A DNA stretch of 64,000 bases from Candidatus Latescibacterota bacterium (GTDB lineage Bacteria; Latescibacterota; UBA2968; UBA8231), in the NCBI GenBank assembly GCA_965223905.1, contig CBDCXV010000001.1, positions 672,001 through 736,000 of the forward strand. The letters are read 5' to 3'. Within the stretch, counting starts at the first letter, position 1. Every line of letters starts with the position of its first letter. The notes below the pieces were generated by a model, which was not told where the DNA came from, did no database searches, and saw nothing but the letters and a program-made list of their open reading frames with translations. Shown one piece after another: positions 29,028 to 40,500 of this stretch. Position numbers and translations under genes: made by a program.

Positions 29028-29987
29028 ATGACGGCTCCTCTCAAACCCGGCGCCCCCCGCTTCCGGCGGCCCGTTTCCGTCGCCGCGGGGGCTGTCCTGC
29101 TTCCGGTTCTGCTCCTCTGGGGCGGGACCGTCGCCGGCTGCTCGAAACCGTCGCCTGAGCCGTACATCCATCTCCTGCAAAGCCAGCAGAGCAAGCAGCG
29201 GGAGAAGGCCGCGGCCAAGCTGTTGCTCTACGGCGACGAGATCGTGCCGAGGCTGATGGAGGAGGCGGACCACGAGCTGATCCGGGTGCGCTTCGAAGTG
29301 GTCCGCCTCCTCGGCCGCCTCAGGAACCGGGAGGCCGCCCCGGCGCTGATCACCGCCCTCGAGGACAAGTCCGCCATGGTGGCCGCGGTCGCCGCCTGGA
29401 GCCTCGGCGAGCTGCAGGTTCCGCAGGCGGTCGCCCCGATGCTGCGCTACGCCGGCGAAGCCTCGAAGGAGGTTCGCAAGGAGGTGGTCAGAGCCCTCGG
29501 CCGCTGCTACAGCGACTCCCTGGAGCCGGCGGTCAGGGACTCGGCCTACCGGGTGGTGTTCCGCGCCCTCAAGGACCCGACCCCGAGGGTGAGGGTGAAC
29601 GCGCTGCTGGGGATCCGGGAGTTCGGCTATCGCGGCTCCGCCGAGGAGATCATCCGCATGACCCGGGACCCCTCGGCCAAGGTGCGGCACGTGGCGGTTC
29701 AGGCGCTCGGCCAGCTGGCCTCGGGGCGGGCTCCGAGGGCCAGGCCGGTATCGGCGCGAACCCGGGAGAACGTCGTCGAGGCGCTGATCGCCTCGCTCGA
29801 GGAGCCGATGCAGACAATCAGAACCAAGGCGATCCGCTCGCTTGAAATGATCGGCGCGCAGCGGGCGGCGCCCCACCTGCGGCCCCTGGCCGAGTCCGGC
29901 ACCCCGGAAGACAGGCGCGAGGCCGGCAGGGTGTTGGAGAATCTGCTGGAGCTGCAGGCCCAGCCACCGGGATCCGAGGAGATATGA
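29028..29987 (+). CDS. HEAT/PBS-lyase repeat lipoprotein
   Basis: Lipobox-like VAGC; repeated VR..A..ALG..L.D units. Confidence 0.75.
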   Translation: MTAPLKPGAPRFRRPVSVAAGAVLLPVLLLWGGTVAGCSKPSPEPYIHLLQSQQSKQREKAAAKLLLYGDEIVPRLMEEADHELIRVRFEVVRLLGRLRNREAAPALITALEDKSAMVAAVAAWSLGELQVPQAVAPMLRYAGEASKEVRKEVVRALGRCYSDSLEPAVRDSAYRVVFRALKDPTPRVRVNALLGIREFGYRGSAEEIIRMTRDPSAKVRHVAVQALGQLASGRAPRARPVSARTRENVVEALIASLEEPMQTIRTKAIRSLEMIGAQRAAPHLRPLAESGTPEDRREAGRVLENLLELQAQPPGSEEI

Positions 29988-30871
29988 GCAAGCAGAGCAG
30001 ACTCGAGCTGGGCTTGCCCTCAGGCAGTCTTCGCGATGCCACCGTCAACCTGCTCGGGCGGGCGGGCTACCGGCTGGGCGTGGCTTCGAGGTCGTACCAG
30101 CCCGAGATCGACGATCCCGAAATCGGCGTGACCCTGTTCCGCGCCCAGGAGATCGCCCATTACGTAGAGCGCGGCGTCGCCGACGCCGGCATCACCGGCC
30201 GGGACTGGGTCGCGGAGAACGACGCCGACGTCGTCGAGGTCGGGGAGCTGCTCTACAGCAAGGCGACCTCGCGGCCCTACCGCTGGGTGATCGCCGTCCC
30301 GGAGGACTCCCCCATCCGCACCGTGAAGGACCTTGAGGGCAAGCGCATCGCCAGCGAGCTGGTCGGCGTCACCCGCCGCTTCCTCGCCGAGCGCGGAGTC
30401 GAGGCCGAGGTGGAGTTCTCGTGGGGAGCGACGGAGGTGAAGGCCGGCATTCCCGGGGTGGCCGACGCCATCGTCGACGGCACCGAGACCGGCTCCTCCC
30501 TGCGCGCCAACCGGCTGCGCATCGTCGAGACCCTGCTCGAGTCGACCACCCGGTTGATCGCCAACAGGGATTCCTGGAGCGATCCCTGGAAGCGGCAGAA
30601 GATCCGGAACCTGTTCACGCTGATGACGGGGGCCCTGGAGGCGGAGTCGAAGGTGGGCCTGAAGATGAACGTGCCGCGGGCGCGGCTCGACGAATTGATG
30701 GAGATGCTGCCGGCGCTGCACACGCCGACGATCTCGAGCCAGGTCGACGGCGACTGGGTGGCGGTCGAGACCATAGCGGACGAGAAGATCGTCCGCGACC
30801 TGATCCCGCGGCTGAAACGGAGCGGCGCCGAGGGGATCATCGAGTATCCCCTGAACAAGGTGGTCTACTGA
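29984..30871 (+). CDS. hisG: ATP phosphoribosyltransferase (long form)
   Basis: [59 protein letters not shown]. Confidence 0.95.
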   Translation: MSKQSRLELGLPSGSLRDATVNLLGRAGYRLGVASRSYQPEIDDPEIGVTLFRAQEIAHYVERGVADAGITGRDWVAENDADVVEVGELLYSKATSRPYRWVIAVPEDSPIRTVKDLEGKRIASELVGVTRRFLAERGVEAEVEFSWGATEVKAGIPGVADAIVDGTETGSSLRANRLRIVETLLESTTRLIANRDSWSDPWKRQKIRNLFTLMTGALEAESKVGLKMNVPRARLDELMEMLPALHTPTISSQVDGDWVAVETIADEKIVRDLIPRLKRSGAEGIIEYPLNKVVY

Positions 30872-32190
30872 TGCTCGACATCCAGCGCTGCTCCGACGCC
30901 GGCGCCCCCGCCACCGGCAAGCTGGCCGCCATCCTCAACCGCAAGGCCGGGTTTCCCCCCGAGATCGTCGATGCCGTCGCCGAAATCCTGCGCCGCGTCG
31001 AGGCCGAGGGGGATGCCGCGGTCGCCGCGTACACCCAGAAGTTCGATGGCGTCGCCCTGGCCCCCGGGGGGTTCCGCGTTCCGCGCAAGGCCCTCGACGA
31101 CGCACGGGCGGCCATGGATCCGGAGCTCGAGGAGGCGGTTTCCGGGGCGGCAGCGAATATCCGCTCGTTTCACCGCCGCCAGCTGCGCGACTCCTGGTTC
31201 CTCGAGGACGGGGACGGCGTCGTCCTGGGGAAGCGGGTCCTGCCGTTGCGCCGGGTCGGTCTCTGCGTCCCCGGAGGGCAGACCCCGCTGCTGTCGACGC
31301 TGCTGATGACCGCGGTGCCGGCGCAGGTGGCCGGCGTCAGTGAGATCTGCGTAGTCACCCCGCCCCGCCCCGGCGGCCTGCCGCACCCGGTAATTCTCGC
31401 CACTGCGGCCATGCTGGGGCTCGACGAGGTCTACGCCGTCGGCGGCGCCCAGGCGGTAGCCGCCCTTGCCTTCGGCACCGGGACCATCCCCGCGGTCGAC
31501 AAGATCGCCGGCCCCGGCGGCCCCTACACCGCCGCCGCCAAGCAGCAGGTCTACGGCCGCGTCGGCATCGACACCGTCGCCGGCCCCTCCGAGATCGTGG
31601 TGCTCGCCGACAAGATCGCCAACCCCCGGTACGTCGCCGCCGACCTGCTGTCGCAGGCCGAGCACGGCAGCGGCTTCGAGGCCGCGGTCTGCATCACCCC
31701 TTCCGAAGCGCTCGCGCGCCAGGTGCAGGCCGAGGCGAAAAAACAGCTCGCCACCCTGCCGCGGCGGCGGGAGATCGCCGCGGCCCTGGACAACTTCGGC
31801 CTCGTCGTCACCGTGCCCGACCTGGCCTCGGGGGCCCGTCTCGTCGACCGCATCGCCCCGGAGCACGTCGAGTTGCTAGTCGCCGACCCGTGGCGCTGGC
31901 TCGGCGAGATCCGCAACGCAGGAGCGGTCTTTCTCGGCGAGGCTTCCAGCGAGCCGGTCGGCGACTACTACGCCGGCACCAATCACGTGCTGCCGACCAA
32001 CGGGGCGGCCCGTTTCTCCTCCGCCCTCGGCATCGACGACTTCACAAGGACCACCAGCGTCCTCGGCTACAGCGGGCAGCGCCTCCGGCAGACCGGGGAG
32101 CGGATCATGCGTATGGCCAGGGCCGAAGAGCTGGAAGCCCACGCGCGGGCAATCGAGGCGCGCCTCGACGACTACGGGAGGGACAGCTGA
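30871..32190 (+). CDS. hisD: Histidinol dehydrogenase
   Basis: VGGAQAVAALAFGT, DKIAGPG, AGPSEI, DLLSQAEH, APEHVEL, GDYYAGTNHVLPT. Confidence 0.95.
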   Translation: MLDIQRCSDAGAPATGKLAAILNRKAGFPPEIVDAVAEILRRVEAEGDAAVAAYTQKFDGVALAPGGFRVPRKALDDARAAMDPELEEAVSGAAANIRSFHRRQLRDSWFLEDGDGVVLGKRVLPLRRVGLCVPGGQTPLLSTLLMTAVPAQVAGVSEICVVTPPRPGGLPHPVILATAAMLGLDEVYAVGGAQAVAALAFGTGTIPAVDKIAGPGGPYTAAAKQQVYGRVGIDTVAGPSEIVVLADKIANPRYVAADLLSQAEHGSGFEAAVCITPSEALARQVQAEAKKQLATLPRRREIAAALDNFGLVVTVPDLASGARLVDRIAPEHVELLVADPWRWLGEIRNAGAVFLGEASSEPVGDYYAGTNHVLPTNGAARFSSALGIDDFTRTTSVLGYSGQRLRQTGERIMRMARAEELEAHARAIEARLDDYGRDS

Positions 32191-32789
32191 TGGCGGACGC
32201 TCAAGCCCGGACCGCCCGCGTCCGGCGCAAAACTTCCGAGACCGACGTCGATCTCGAGTTCGGCCTCGACGGCAGCGGCCGCTGCTCCGCCGACACCGGC
32301 ATCGGCTTCCTCGACCACATGCTCGACGCCTTCGCCCGGCACGGGCTGTTCGACCTGGAGCTGCGCTGCCGCGGCGACCTCGACGTCGACCAGCACCACT
32401 CCGTCGAGGACGTCGGCATCTGCCTCGGGCAGGCCCTCGACCAAGCGCTCGGGGACCGCGCGGGGATCCAGCGTTTCGCCCACAGCTACGTGCCGATGGA
32501 CGAGGCCCTGGCCCGGGTCGTCATCGACCTTTCGGGCCGTTCCTACCTCTGCGCCGCCCCGGAGTTCCGCGACCCGGAGGTGGGGGACTTTCCCGTCTCC
32601 CTGGTCACCGAGTTCTTTCGCGCCGTCTCCGACCACGGCAGGTTCAACCTCCACGTCGACCTGCTGCGCTCGGGCAACGACCACCACGGCATCGAGGCGA
32701 TATTCAAGGCCTTCGCCCAGGCCCTCGACAAGGCGACTCTGCGGACCGGCCGCACCGACTCCATCCCCTCGACCAAGGGACGGCTGTAG
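32190..32789 (+). CDS. hisB: Imidazoleglycerol-phosphate dehydratase
   Basis: RKTSETD, TGIGFLDHML, DQHHSVED, PMDEAL, NDHHGIEAIFKA, PSTKGRL. Confidence 0.95.
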   Translation: MADAQARTARVRRKTSETDVDLEFGLDGSGRCSADTGIGFLDHMLDAFARHGLFDLELRCRGDLDVDQHHSVEDVGICLGQALDQALGDRAGIQRFAHSYVPMDEALARVVIDLSGRSYLCAAPEFRDPEVGDFPVSLVTEFFRAVSDHGRFNLHVDLLRSGNDHHGIEAIFKAFAQALDKATLRTGRTDSIPSTKGRL

Positions 32790-32966
32790 CATCCTGCCTT
32801 CCGGACCTGCCGGCTCGCGGCGCTGCCCGCGCCCGCCGTACTCCCCCGGTGGCCCGCGCTCGCGCGCATTCCCGGTTCATCCGCGGCCCGATGTAGCCGA
32901 TTCGAGCGGCCCCGGAAACAGCCGCGCCGCCCGGATCCCGCCCCAGCCCGCGGCCCGCCAGGCGCC

Positions 32967-34082
32967 GTGAAGATCTGCCACCTCATCTACGACGACGTCG
33001 ACAACCCCTGGCTCGGCGGCGGCGGCGCCTGGCGAGCGCGCCAGATCTACCGGCGCCTCGCCGGCCGCCACGAGATCACCCTGGTCACCGGCACCTTTCC
33101 CGGCGCCGAACCCGTGCAGCAGGTAGACGGCCTGCGCCTGCTGCGGGTCGGCTCCCCGCGCAGCTACGCGATCAGCCGTCTCACCTACGCCAGCCGGGCC
33201 GTTGCTGCCCTCCGGCGCCTGCAGTGGGACATCTGGGTCAACGAGTTCTCCGCGTACGCGCCGCTGAGGGTGCCGGCGCAGGTGCGCCGCCGCGGGCTGC
33301 TTTTCTTCCACCATTTCATGGGGCGCCACGCCGTCCTCAAGCATCCCCTGGCCGGGTGGGCGGCCCTCCTGGCGGAGCGCCGCGTCCTGCACGCCTACCC
33401 CCACATCCTGACCGGCGCGCCGAGCGTGCAGGAGCGCATCCGCAGCCGGGTGAGCGCAACCCTGCCGGTCGACTGCGTCTACAACGGCGTCGACGACGGC
33501 TATTTCGGAAGCGTCGCGACCGAGGAGCCGTACCTCCTCTACCTCGGGCGCATCGACGTGCACACCAAGGGAATCGACACCCTGCTGGAGGGCTTCGCGC
33601 GCATCGCCCCGGAGCGCCCCGGCCTGGCGCTGAAGATTGCCGGGGGCGGTGAGAAGGGTCAGGTGCGGCGGCTCGAGAAGCTGGTGGAGCAGACCCGGCT
33701 CGGCGCCAGGGTGGAGCTGCTCGGAAAGGTGTCGGAAACGGAGAAGCGCGAGCTGCTGGCGTCGGCCCTGTTTTTCTGCATGCCCTCTCGCTACGAGGGC
33801 TGGGGCATGGCCGCGGTCGAGGCCGGGGCAAGCGGCAAGGCGGTGGTCGCCACCGCCATCGACGGCCTGCGCGACGCGGTCCGGGACGGCGTCACCGGCC
33901 TGCTGGTGCCGAGCGGGGACGGCGAAGCCCTGGCCGCGGCCATGCGCCGGCTCCTCGACGAACCGGAGCTGCGGAAGTCGCTCGGCGAGCAGGGGCGGGA
34001 GCACTCCCGCCGCTTCGGCTGGGAGGAGCTCGCCCGCCGCCAGGAAGAGGTGATGCTCGCCGCCGCGGAGCGTCTCTCATGA
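32967..34082 (+). CDS. GT4 family glycosyltransferase
   Basis: NPWLGGGGA, LYLGRID..KGID, SRYEGWGMAAVEA. Confidence 0.88.
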   Translation: MKICHLIYDDVDNPWLGGGGAWRARQIYRRLAGRHEITLVTGTFPGAEPVQQVDGLRLLRVGSPRSYAISRLTYASRAVAALRRLQWDIWVNEFSAYAPLRVPAQVRRRGLLFFHHFMGRHAVLKHPLAGWAALLAERRVLHAYPHILTGAPSVQERIRSRVSATLPVDCVYNGVDDGYFGSVATEEPYLLYLGRIDVHTKGIDTLLEGFARIAPERPGLALKIAGGGEKGQVRRLEKLVEQTRLGARVELLGKVSETEKRELLASALFFCMPSRYEGWGMAAVEAGASGKAVVATAIDGLRDAVRDGVTGLLVPSGDGEALAAAMRRLLDEPELRKSLGEQGREHSRRFGWEELARRQEEVMLAAAERLS

Positions 34083-36601
34083 GTAAGAAGAAGCGCCGGA
34101 CCACCGGAGCGCCGGAACCGCGGCCGGCCCCGGTCCAGGCCCCGAAAGCAGACAAGTTCCGCTTCCGCCTCGCCTCACCCTGGGCGGTTCCGGCCATCCT
34201 TGCGCTGCTGACCCTCCTCTATTTCTACGACTTCCCCCTCAGCGGCCAGGTCATCTACGGAAGCGACACCGGCACCGATTTCCACCGCGGCGAGGAGCCG
34301 TTCGCCGAGAAGCTCGCAACCTATGGCCCCGGCGTCTGGAAACCCACCCTCGGGGGATACCCTGCATCCGAGGAGATCCGCCCCGACTACTTCCCGGCCA
34401 GCCTGCTGAAGCTGTTCACCACCCATCAGCGCCACCTCGGCTGGCGTTTCATGCTGACCGTCTTCCTCGCCGGCTGGGGGATGTACCGCTACCTGCGCGT
34501 CCTCGACCTGGCCCGCTGGCCCTGCCTGTGGGGGGGCGTCGCCTTCATGTTCGCGCCGACCTTCCTGTCCTTCACCTTCGCCGGCCACTACGCCAAGATG
34601 GCGGTCATCGCCCTGCTGCCCTGGATGTACCTCTGCCTCCACCGCGGCATGCAGGAGGGGAAGCTCTCCCGCTTCCTCGCGCTGGCCCTGCTGATCGGCC
34701 TCGGCGCCTACACCCCGCACGTGCAGATGCTCCAGTACGCCCTCATCGCCGTCGGCCTCTACTTCCTGTTCCAGCTGTACCTCTTGTACAGGGATCGCCG
34801 GGAACAGCGGCTGCTCCTGGCGCGGACCGGGCTGTTCGCCCTCGCCGCCGCCCTCGGCATCGGCATCGGGTCGGAAGGGCTGTTTCCCCCTTACCTGCAT
34901 GCGACCCGGGAGTCGAAGCGGGCCGAGGCCGCCACTGCCGAAAGAACCGGGGACGAGCTGGCCCTGGCGCGCAGCTGGTCCCTGCACCCGGAGGAGGTCG
35001 GGTCGCTGCTGGTCCCGGAGTTCGCCGGCTTCTACAACCCCCGGGACAACCGCGACCAGTACTGGGGCCGCAATCCCGGCAAGTACAACTCCGAGTACTT
35101 CGGCATCGTCGTGCTGCTGCTGGCGGTTCCCGCCCTGTGGTCGTGGCGGCGCAACCCCACCGCGGCCTTCATGGGTCTGCTTTTCGCCGTCGCCCTCGCC
35201 TTCACCCTCGGAGGGCACACCCCCGTGCACTGGCTCGCCGCCCACCTGCTGCCGGGAGGCAAGGTGCTGCGCTCCGTCGGCATGGCCGCCTTCCTGTTCG
35301 CCTTTCCCGCCATCGTGCTCGCCGCCACCGGCCTGAATCAGGCGGTCACCGCCGGGGAACCGGACAAACAGCTCTTCCGCAAGCGGCTGCTGATCGCCGC
35401 GGCCGCCCTGGCGGGAATCGCCGCCCTCGCCGCGGCCCTTCCGCACACCGTCCTGGAGCTCTGGACCGCCACCCTCTACGACGAGATCGCCGCGGCCAAA
35501 CGGCAGATCATGCTCTCGGGGGCACCCGGGCTCGCCCGCGGCGGACTCCTCGCAATCCTGCTCTGCGCCGGGGCCGCCGCCCTCGTCTGGGCCCTGCTCC
35601 GCCGGAAGCTGTCGGTCGCAACCGCCTGCGCCGGCCTGATCGCCCTGACCCTGGCAGACACCTGGCGCATCGACCGCCTATTCCTGGTCTACGAGGACCC
35701 CGCCCGCTGGCCGGACATACGCCGGGAGAACCGGCGCACCCTGGAGTTCCTCGAGTCCTCCGGCGAGCGCTTCCGCGTCTTCCCGGTCCCCTCCTGGCAG
35801 CTGCTGCGCTCCCCGGGCTACCACCTCTACGGCGCCGACCCGGTCACCGGCTTCAGCGACTTCACCATCCGCCGCTACGACCGCCTCGTGCGCGAGTTCG
35901 ACCCGGCCCTTTCCCTGTTCCAGGCCCGCTTCGGCGGCCGCGAGATTCCCTACAGCGACGACGACCTGCTGCTCTCCATGCGCCCCCTGCTCAACCTCGT
36001 CAACGCCCGCTACCTCGTGACCCCGAAGTCCCTGCCGCTGCGGACGTCGCTGTTCCCCGAGGCGTTCTCCGCAGAGCGGCTTCGCCTCTACGAAAACAGC
36101 GAGGCCCTGCCCTGGTACTACCTCGCTCCTGCCTTCAGGCTGGCAACCGAAGAAGACGAGATCCTGGCGCTGCTGCGGGAGGGCGGCGTCGACCCCAGGC
36201 TCACCCCGGTGCTTGAGCGGGAGCCCCCCGGCCCGCTGCCCGCTGCCGCATCCGGCACTGATCTCACCGGCGACCGTCTCGAGGTCGAGGAGCGCGCCGG
36301 CGACGGCAGCCGCATCATCCTCTCCACCGGCTCGAGGGAACCGCGGCTGCTGGTCGTCTCGGAGAATTTCTACCCGAACTGGCGCGCCATCGTCGACGGG
36401 GAAGAGGTCCCGGTCCTGCGCGCCAACTACGTCTGGAAGGCCGTCTACCTGCCGCCGGGGGAGCACCGCGTCGAGTTGCGCTACCGCTCGCCTACCGTGC
36501 TGATGACGCGAGCGGTCACCCTGCTTTCGCTCGGAGCCGTGCTGATTCTCGGAATCGTCGAGAGCCGCCGGAGATCGGTGCCGGCAGCCGGGAAACCATA
36601 G
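34079..36601 (+). CDS. YfhO-family polytopic membrane protein (GT-C-like)
   Basis: Many TM helices; C-terminal LLVVSENFYPNWRAIVDGEEVPVLRANY..AVYLPPGEHRVELRY. Confidence 0.8.
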   Translation: MSKKKRRTTGAPEPRPAPVQAPKADKFRFRLASPWAVPAILALLTLLYFYDFPLSGQVIYGSDTGTDFHRGEEPFAEKLATYGPGVWKPTLGGYPASEEIRPDYFPASLLKLFTTHQRHLGWRFMLTVFLAGWGMYRYLRVLDLARWPCLWGGVAFMFAPTFLSFTFAGHYAKMAVIALLPWMYLCLHRGMQEGKLSRFLALALLIGLGAYTPHVQMLQYALIAVGLYFLFQLYLLYRDRREQRLLLARTGLFALAAALGIGIGSEGLFPPYLHATRESKRAEAATAERTGDELALARSWSLHPEEVGSLLVPEFAGFYNPRDNRDQYWGRNPGKYNSEYFGIVVLLLAVPALWSWRRNPTAAFMGLLFAVALAFTLGGHTPVHWLAAHLLPGGKVLRSVGMAAFLFAFPAIVLAATGLNQAVTAGEPDKQLFRKRLLIAAAALAGIAALAAALPHTVLELWTATLYDEIAAAKRQIMLSGAPGLARGGLLAILLCAGAAALVWALLRRKLSVATACAGLIALTLADTWRIDRLFLVYEDPARWPDIRRENRRTLEFLESSGERFRVFPVPSWQLLRSPGYHLYGADPVTGFSDFTIRRYDRLVREFDPALSLFQARFGGREIPYSDDDLLLSMRPLLNLVNARYLVTPKSLPLRTSLFPEAFSAERLRLYENSEALPWYYLAPAFRLATEEDEILALLREGGVDPRLTPVLEREPPGPLPAAASGTDLTGDRLEVEERAGDGSRIILSTGSREPRLLVVSENFYPNWRAIVDGEEVPVLRANYVWKAVYLPPGEHRVELRYRSPTVLMTRAVTLLSLGAVLILGIVESRRRSVPAAGKP

Positions 36602-36743
36602 AGGAGAGGGGGTTCCCCGGAAGCGAACTCGGCCTGCCCGGGGTTTCTGCGGAAAGCGGGATTTTAAGGCGTAGTCAGGTCTGAATTGATTTCAAATATC
36701 GCCGCCAAGCGGTATATTACCGGCATCCGAAGGTGCTCTTCCC

Positions 36744-37073
36744 ATGACCCCTACTCCTGAAACAATCGCCATTATCGCCACCGGCGTGACCTTGGCGGCG
36801 CTGATCTTGCAGCAGATGCGCAGCCTTGGCGCCCGGTTCGACCGGCTGGAAGCCCGTATCGGTCGTCTTGAAGCGGGCCAACAGGCGCTGGTCGAGCGCG
36901 TGACTCGTCTGGAAGCGGGCCAGCAGGCCCTGGAGCGTGAAGTGACAGCGCTGAGGGGCGAGGTAAAGTCGTTGGCGCGCGACCTGGCGGCGCTGAGCGA
37001 GCGCACGGCTCGCATCGAAGGCGCCGTCATCGGCCCCTGGCGGCCGGAGGAAGCCGGCAGCGGCAAGAGCTGA
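36744..37073 (+). CDS. Small membrane-anchored coiled-coil protein with a 14-aa internal repeat
   Basis: N-terminal hydrophobic helix, RLEAGQQAL twice, C-terminal ERTARIEG. Confidence 0.7.
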   Translation: MTPTPETIAIIATGVTLAALILQQMRSLGARFDRLEARIGRLEAGQQALVERVTRLEAGQQALEREVTALRGEVKSLARDLAALSERTARIEGAVIGPWRPEEAGSGKS

Positions 37074-37128
37074 TGCTCCAAGCCCATGCCGCCCATGCCG
37101 AAACACGCCGCTCCCCTCGGAAAATCTC

Positions 37129-37158
37129 TTGACATTCCTGCGTTTCCCCCGTTATGCT
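37129..37158 (+). promoter_or_regulatory. Candidate sigma70 promoter P1 (TTGACA-N18-TATGCT)
   Basis: cttgacattcctgcgtttcccccgttatgct. Confidence 0.5.
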
Positions 37159-37298
37159 TGTCGTATCGGTCGCTGGCGTCATCCCCCCTTGATGGAGTCG
37201 CGGCAGGTGCCCGGCTCCCCTTTTTGCCCTTCGTTACCGGTTGCAAGATGCCGGTTTTTCCACGAGTTGCGGCAGAAGCGAAGTTCCCAAAATCAGCC

Positions 37299-37327
37299 TT
37301 GACATTCCCACATCGCAGTCATATTAT
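37299..37327 (+). promoter_or_regulatory. Near-consensus sigma70 promoter P2 (TTGACA-N17-TATTAT)
   Basis: ttgacattcccacatcgcagtcatattat. Confidence 0.75.
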
Positions 37328-37548
37328 TGGACGCCACCTAAGTTCCAGGAAGGACGAAGGTGGCTATTAAGTTTTCGTCTCCATTCGGAACAAGACGAGA
37401 TGCGGTTGTAACCCCAAATGTCAGAAACCTGCGCTGCACAATCCCCCGAGCTTTCATGCTCTTCACTAACTCTCCCGAACTCTCGAAAAATCTCTTGTTT
37501 TTCGCGTATTCTTCACAACGGGGAATAGCATCCCTGAGGAGGAAAGAC

Positions 37549-40500
37549 ATGCATTTTAGCAGAAAACTGATTCTTCTCACCGCGTTTATGGTGGGCTTGG
37601 GCTTCATCGGAAGTGGTGAGGTTGAGGCCGCAAAAGTCACAAAGGTTCAGATCACGGCGCCGGACAGCGGAGCCTTGGTCGGAATCGGCGGGTCCTTCAC
37701 GGTCCGGGTGGAGGTGGAGGATTTCCTGGGAGCCGAAAACGACAGCATGGGAGTTATCGTTTTTCTGGCTTTGGAAAACGGGGGCGGCGAGCCTGACAGC
37801 TTGGTAGCGGACACGAGCGCTACCGGCCTCTATCCCGAAGCCAATCCCTCGACAATATCGAATCTCCTTCCAGGCACCACGGAATTCTTTGAAACCAATA
37901 CAACGGAAGCCGTGGCTGGGGCCGGGGTCAACGCTATTGGTGCCGTGGCGGCGCTCCAACTTCGAGGTCGCGCCATCGAGGTGAAGGAGGGCAAGGAGCA
38001 GTTTGGGGACGGCAAAAACCTGCGTGGTGACGGCACGTCCCTCAAGCTGTTGTCGGCGGACAACGAGGGGGCGGTGTTCGAATGGGCCGCCACGTTGCAC
38101 GCCTCTGTCGGAACGGTGAGTGGCGTAAGGGCAGGAGCTGTTTCCTTTGTCGATGCCACTCCTCACGACGGGGATGCGAATAATGCATCTACTGGCGATG
38201 AAGCCTCGGCAGCTGCAACCGCAGTATACTCCACCGAAAGGATAGATCTGGACGGGGATCGCCCGATATCCGGGGATATGTTTTTCGTCCAAAACCTCGA
38301 TATCTTCGACACGAACCGGGAAGATGATTTCGTTCCATTTATGGGGGTGGGGGATGGTGATTCTCTTTCCTACAGACTGGTGGGAGAACGCCCGGGAGAT
38401 TCCGGAGGGGGGAGAGAGGTAACCGGTTTCAACGTGGGCGGACCCAATGATACTCGAACAGTTCTGGGAATCGGGGACACCCTGAGGACCTATGTCAAGC
38501 TTGGAAACCGGTTGAACCCTCTCCTCGGTTCGGACTCTCTGAAGCTGGTGATCGAAGCTTTCGGCATCGAGCAGCTTGTCCATCAGAGGGGTATCAAGTC
38601 GGCAACGAGGAAGTCGGACCGCATCGAGTTTGAAGATGTTCTCAGCGATGGGGAATATGTAAAGAAGGATTCGGATTTCACGGATCTTTTCGAAGCTGCC
38701 GGGGCCGACACCCATGACATTCGCTACTTCCTGGTCGACGGGGCGGGAAACCGGAGTCATATAGCTGATATAGGTGATTTCGATCGACAGGAAGACGCTC
38801 TGACGGCGACAGGTATTTCCATCGGTACGGTCCTCCTCGTCGATACCGCCAAGCCAGTGTTCGATTCTACCAATGGCGACACCCTTCTCCCTGTTTCCGC
38901 TGCAACTAGTACCGACGGTGGAATTAACGGTCCCGTCTATCCAAATGACTGGAATCCGATTCGTTTGAATCTGGACCGTGCGCTCGATTCTCTGATCGTT
39001 GAGTTCAAGGGGCCGAAGGAAGGCTCCTTGCGGCTTGGAAATGCTGGAATACCTTCCATCAAACATCCGATCCTGAAAGCGACGGCAGGGGCTTCCACGA
39101 GCGACAAGGGTGAGTTGCTGGATTTCTTCTCGCTTGACTTCACCTCTTACGGAAAGGCAAGTGGACTTAAGGACGACGACGATGCAGTCGTCGCAGAAAA
39201 GGACAGCGTCAGGGCCGCCGATAAAGACGGAAATCTTATCGATGGCCAGTTCGATGGACCTGAAAGCAAGGACGCTGTTATCACGACGGGTACCTACAAG
39301 ATCAGTTTCACCGGGATCGATGTAGCTGGAAACAAGGGTCCAGCGAGGACTCGTTCCGATGTCTACGTCGATGTCGACGACGTCGAATTCATTCGCTCCT
39401 TCCCGTTCGGCGAAGGTGACAATGAATCAGGTCTCGATACCATTGAGGCGAACACCGCCGTTGTTGTCTTCAGGTTGAGCGAACCCGTCGATTCCCTGGC
39501 AATCGAGTACAAGGGGGTCGCAATGGGGGCCGACGCCGATTCAAACGACGTGGACAAGACGCGAAACTATCTCCTCGTCGGTGGGCAAAAGACAAATACC
39601 ACAACTCCAGAGGAGTTCCGGGTCCCTGGGCTCCAGCATGACAACAGGTACGTTTTGACAGTAACGGCTCGTGACCTGGCTGGAAACTGGGTACAGTCAA
39701 AGCCTGACACTTTCTGGTACAACACCGATTACCAGGTTCCACAGGCCAATCAGTTTGTGGTCAAGATAACGAAGCCGGGAGAACGGAAAACGGCCTTGAC
39801 GGGTCTCGATAAGAAGATCGAGGCAGGGGACGAGATTGGGATATCCCTGGAAGCCCAGGCGGTCACTGGCGACAATGCCCCGACCTATGGTGGAGTTGCA
39901 ACGGTAACCGTCGGTGGCGGCAGTGGCATAGAACTGATTGGAAACAAAAGCACGGGTGCCACTGACAACGGGGATGGAACGATCTCTCTGAATGGTGAGG
40001 ATTGGGTCATTGGCTCGCGGGAAATCGTCTTCAGGGATACTGTTTCGGTTGAAAACCTTACTATCAGCATAGAAGCGGATGACGATTCCACCCTGGTTGG
40101 GGAAGCGGACTCCGTAGTGGTGATACATCCCGACGATTACTCGCAGATCATTATCAGTGCTGCCGACGACTCGGTCATGCAGGGCGAAAACTTCATGGTT
40201 AATGTTGTGATCGCCGACAAGTTTGGTAACCAGCGGGTGGCGGACAACCGTTTCGTGGCGATAAGCACCAACACGATCGGGGTCCAGGTCCCGCCGGATG
40301 CCGTACACATTGCTAAGGGCGCCGGCAGTTTCATGGTCAACAGCTCCGGCTGGTCGGGTGATCTGACCCTTTCTGTCCGAGATATCGCTGATCGGAAGGA
40401 TGGGACTGCCAACACACTTGGCACCGGAACGGTGTATGTCAGGGCCTCTGACGACGCGCCTGATCCAGTTGATCCCGAAGAGGCGCCCGACGCCCCTGAC

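Noticed and set aside
37330-37548. Known riboswitch in the long leader
   Set aside because: Hairpins are present, but I could not match any known riboswitch consensus by eye; an Rfam scan is needed
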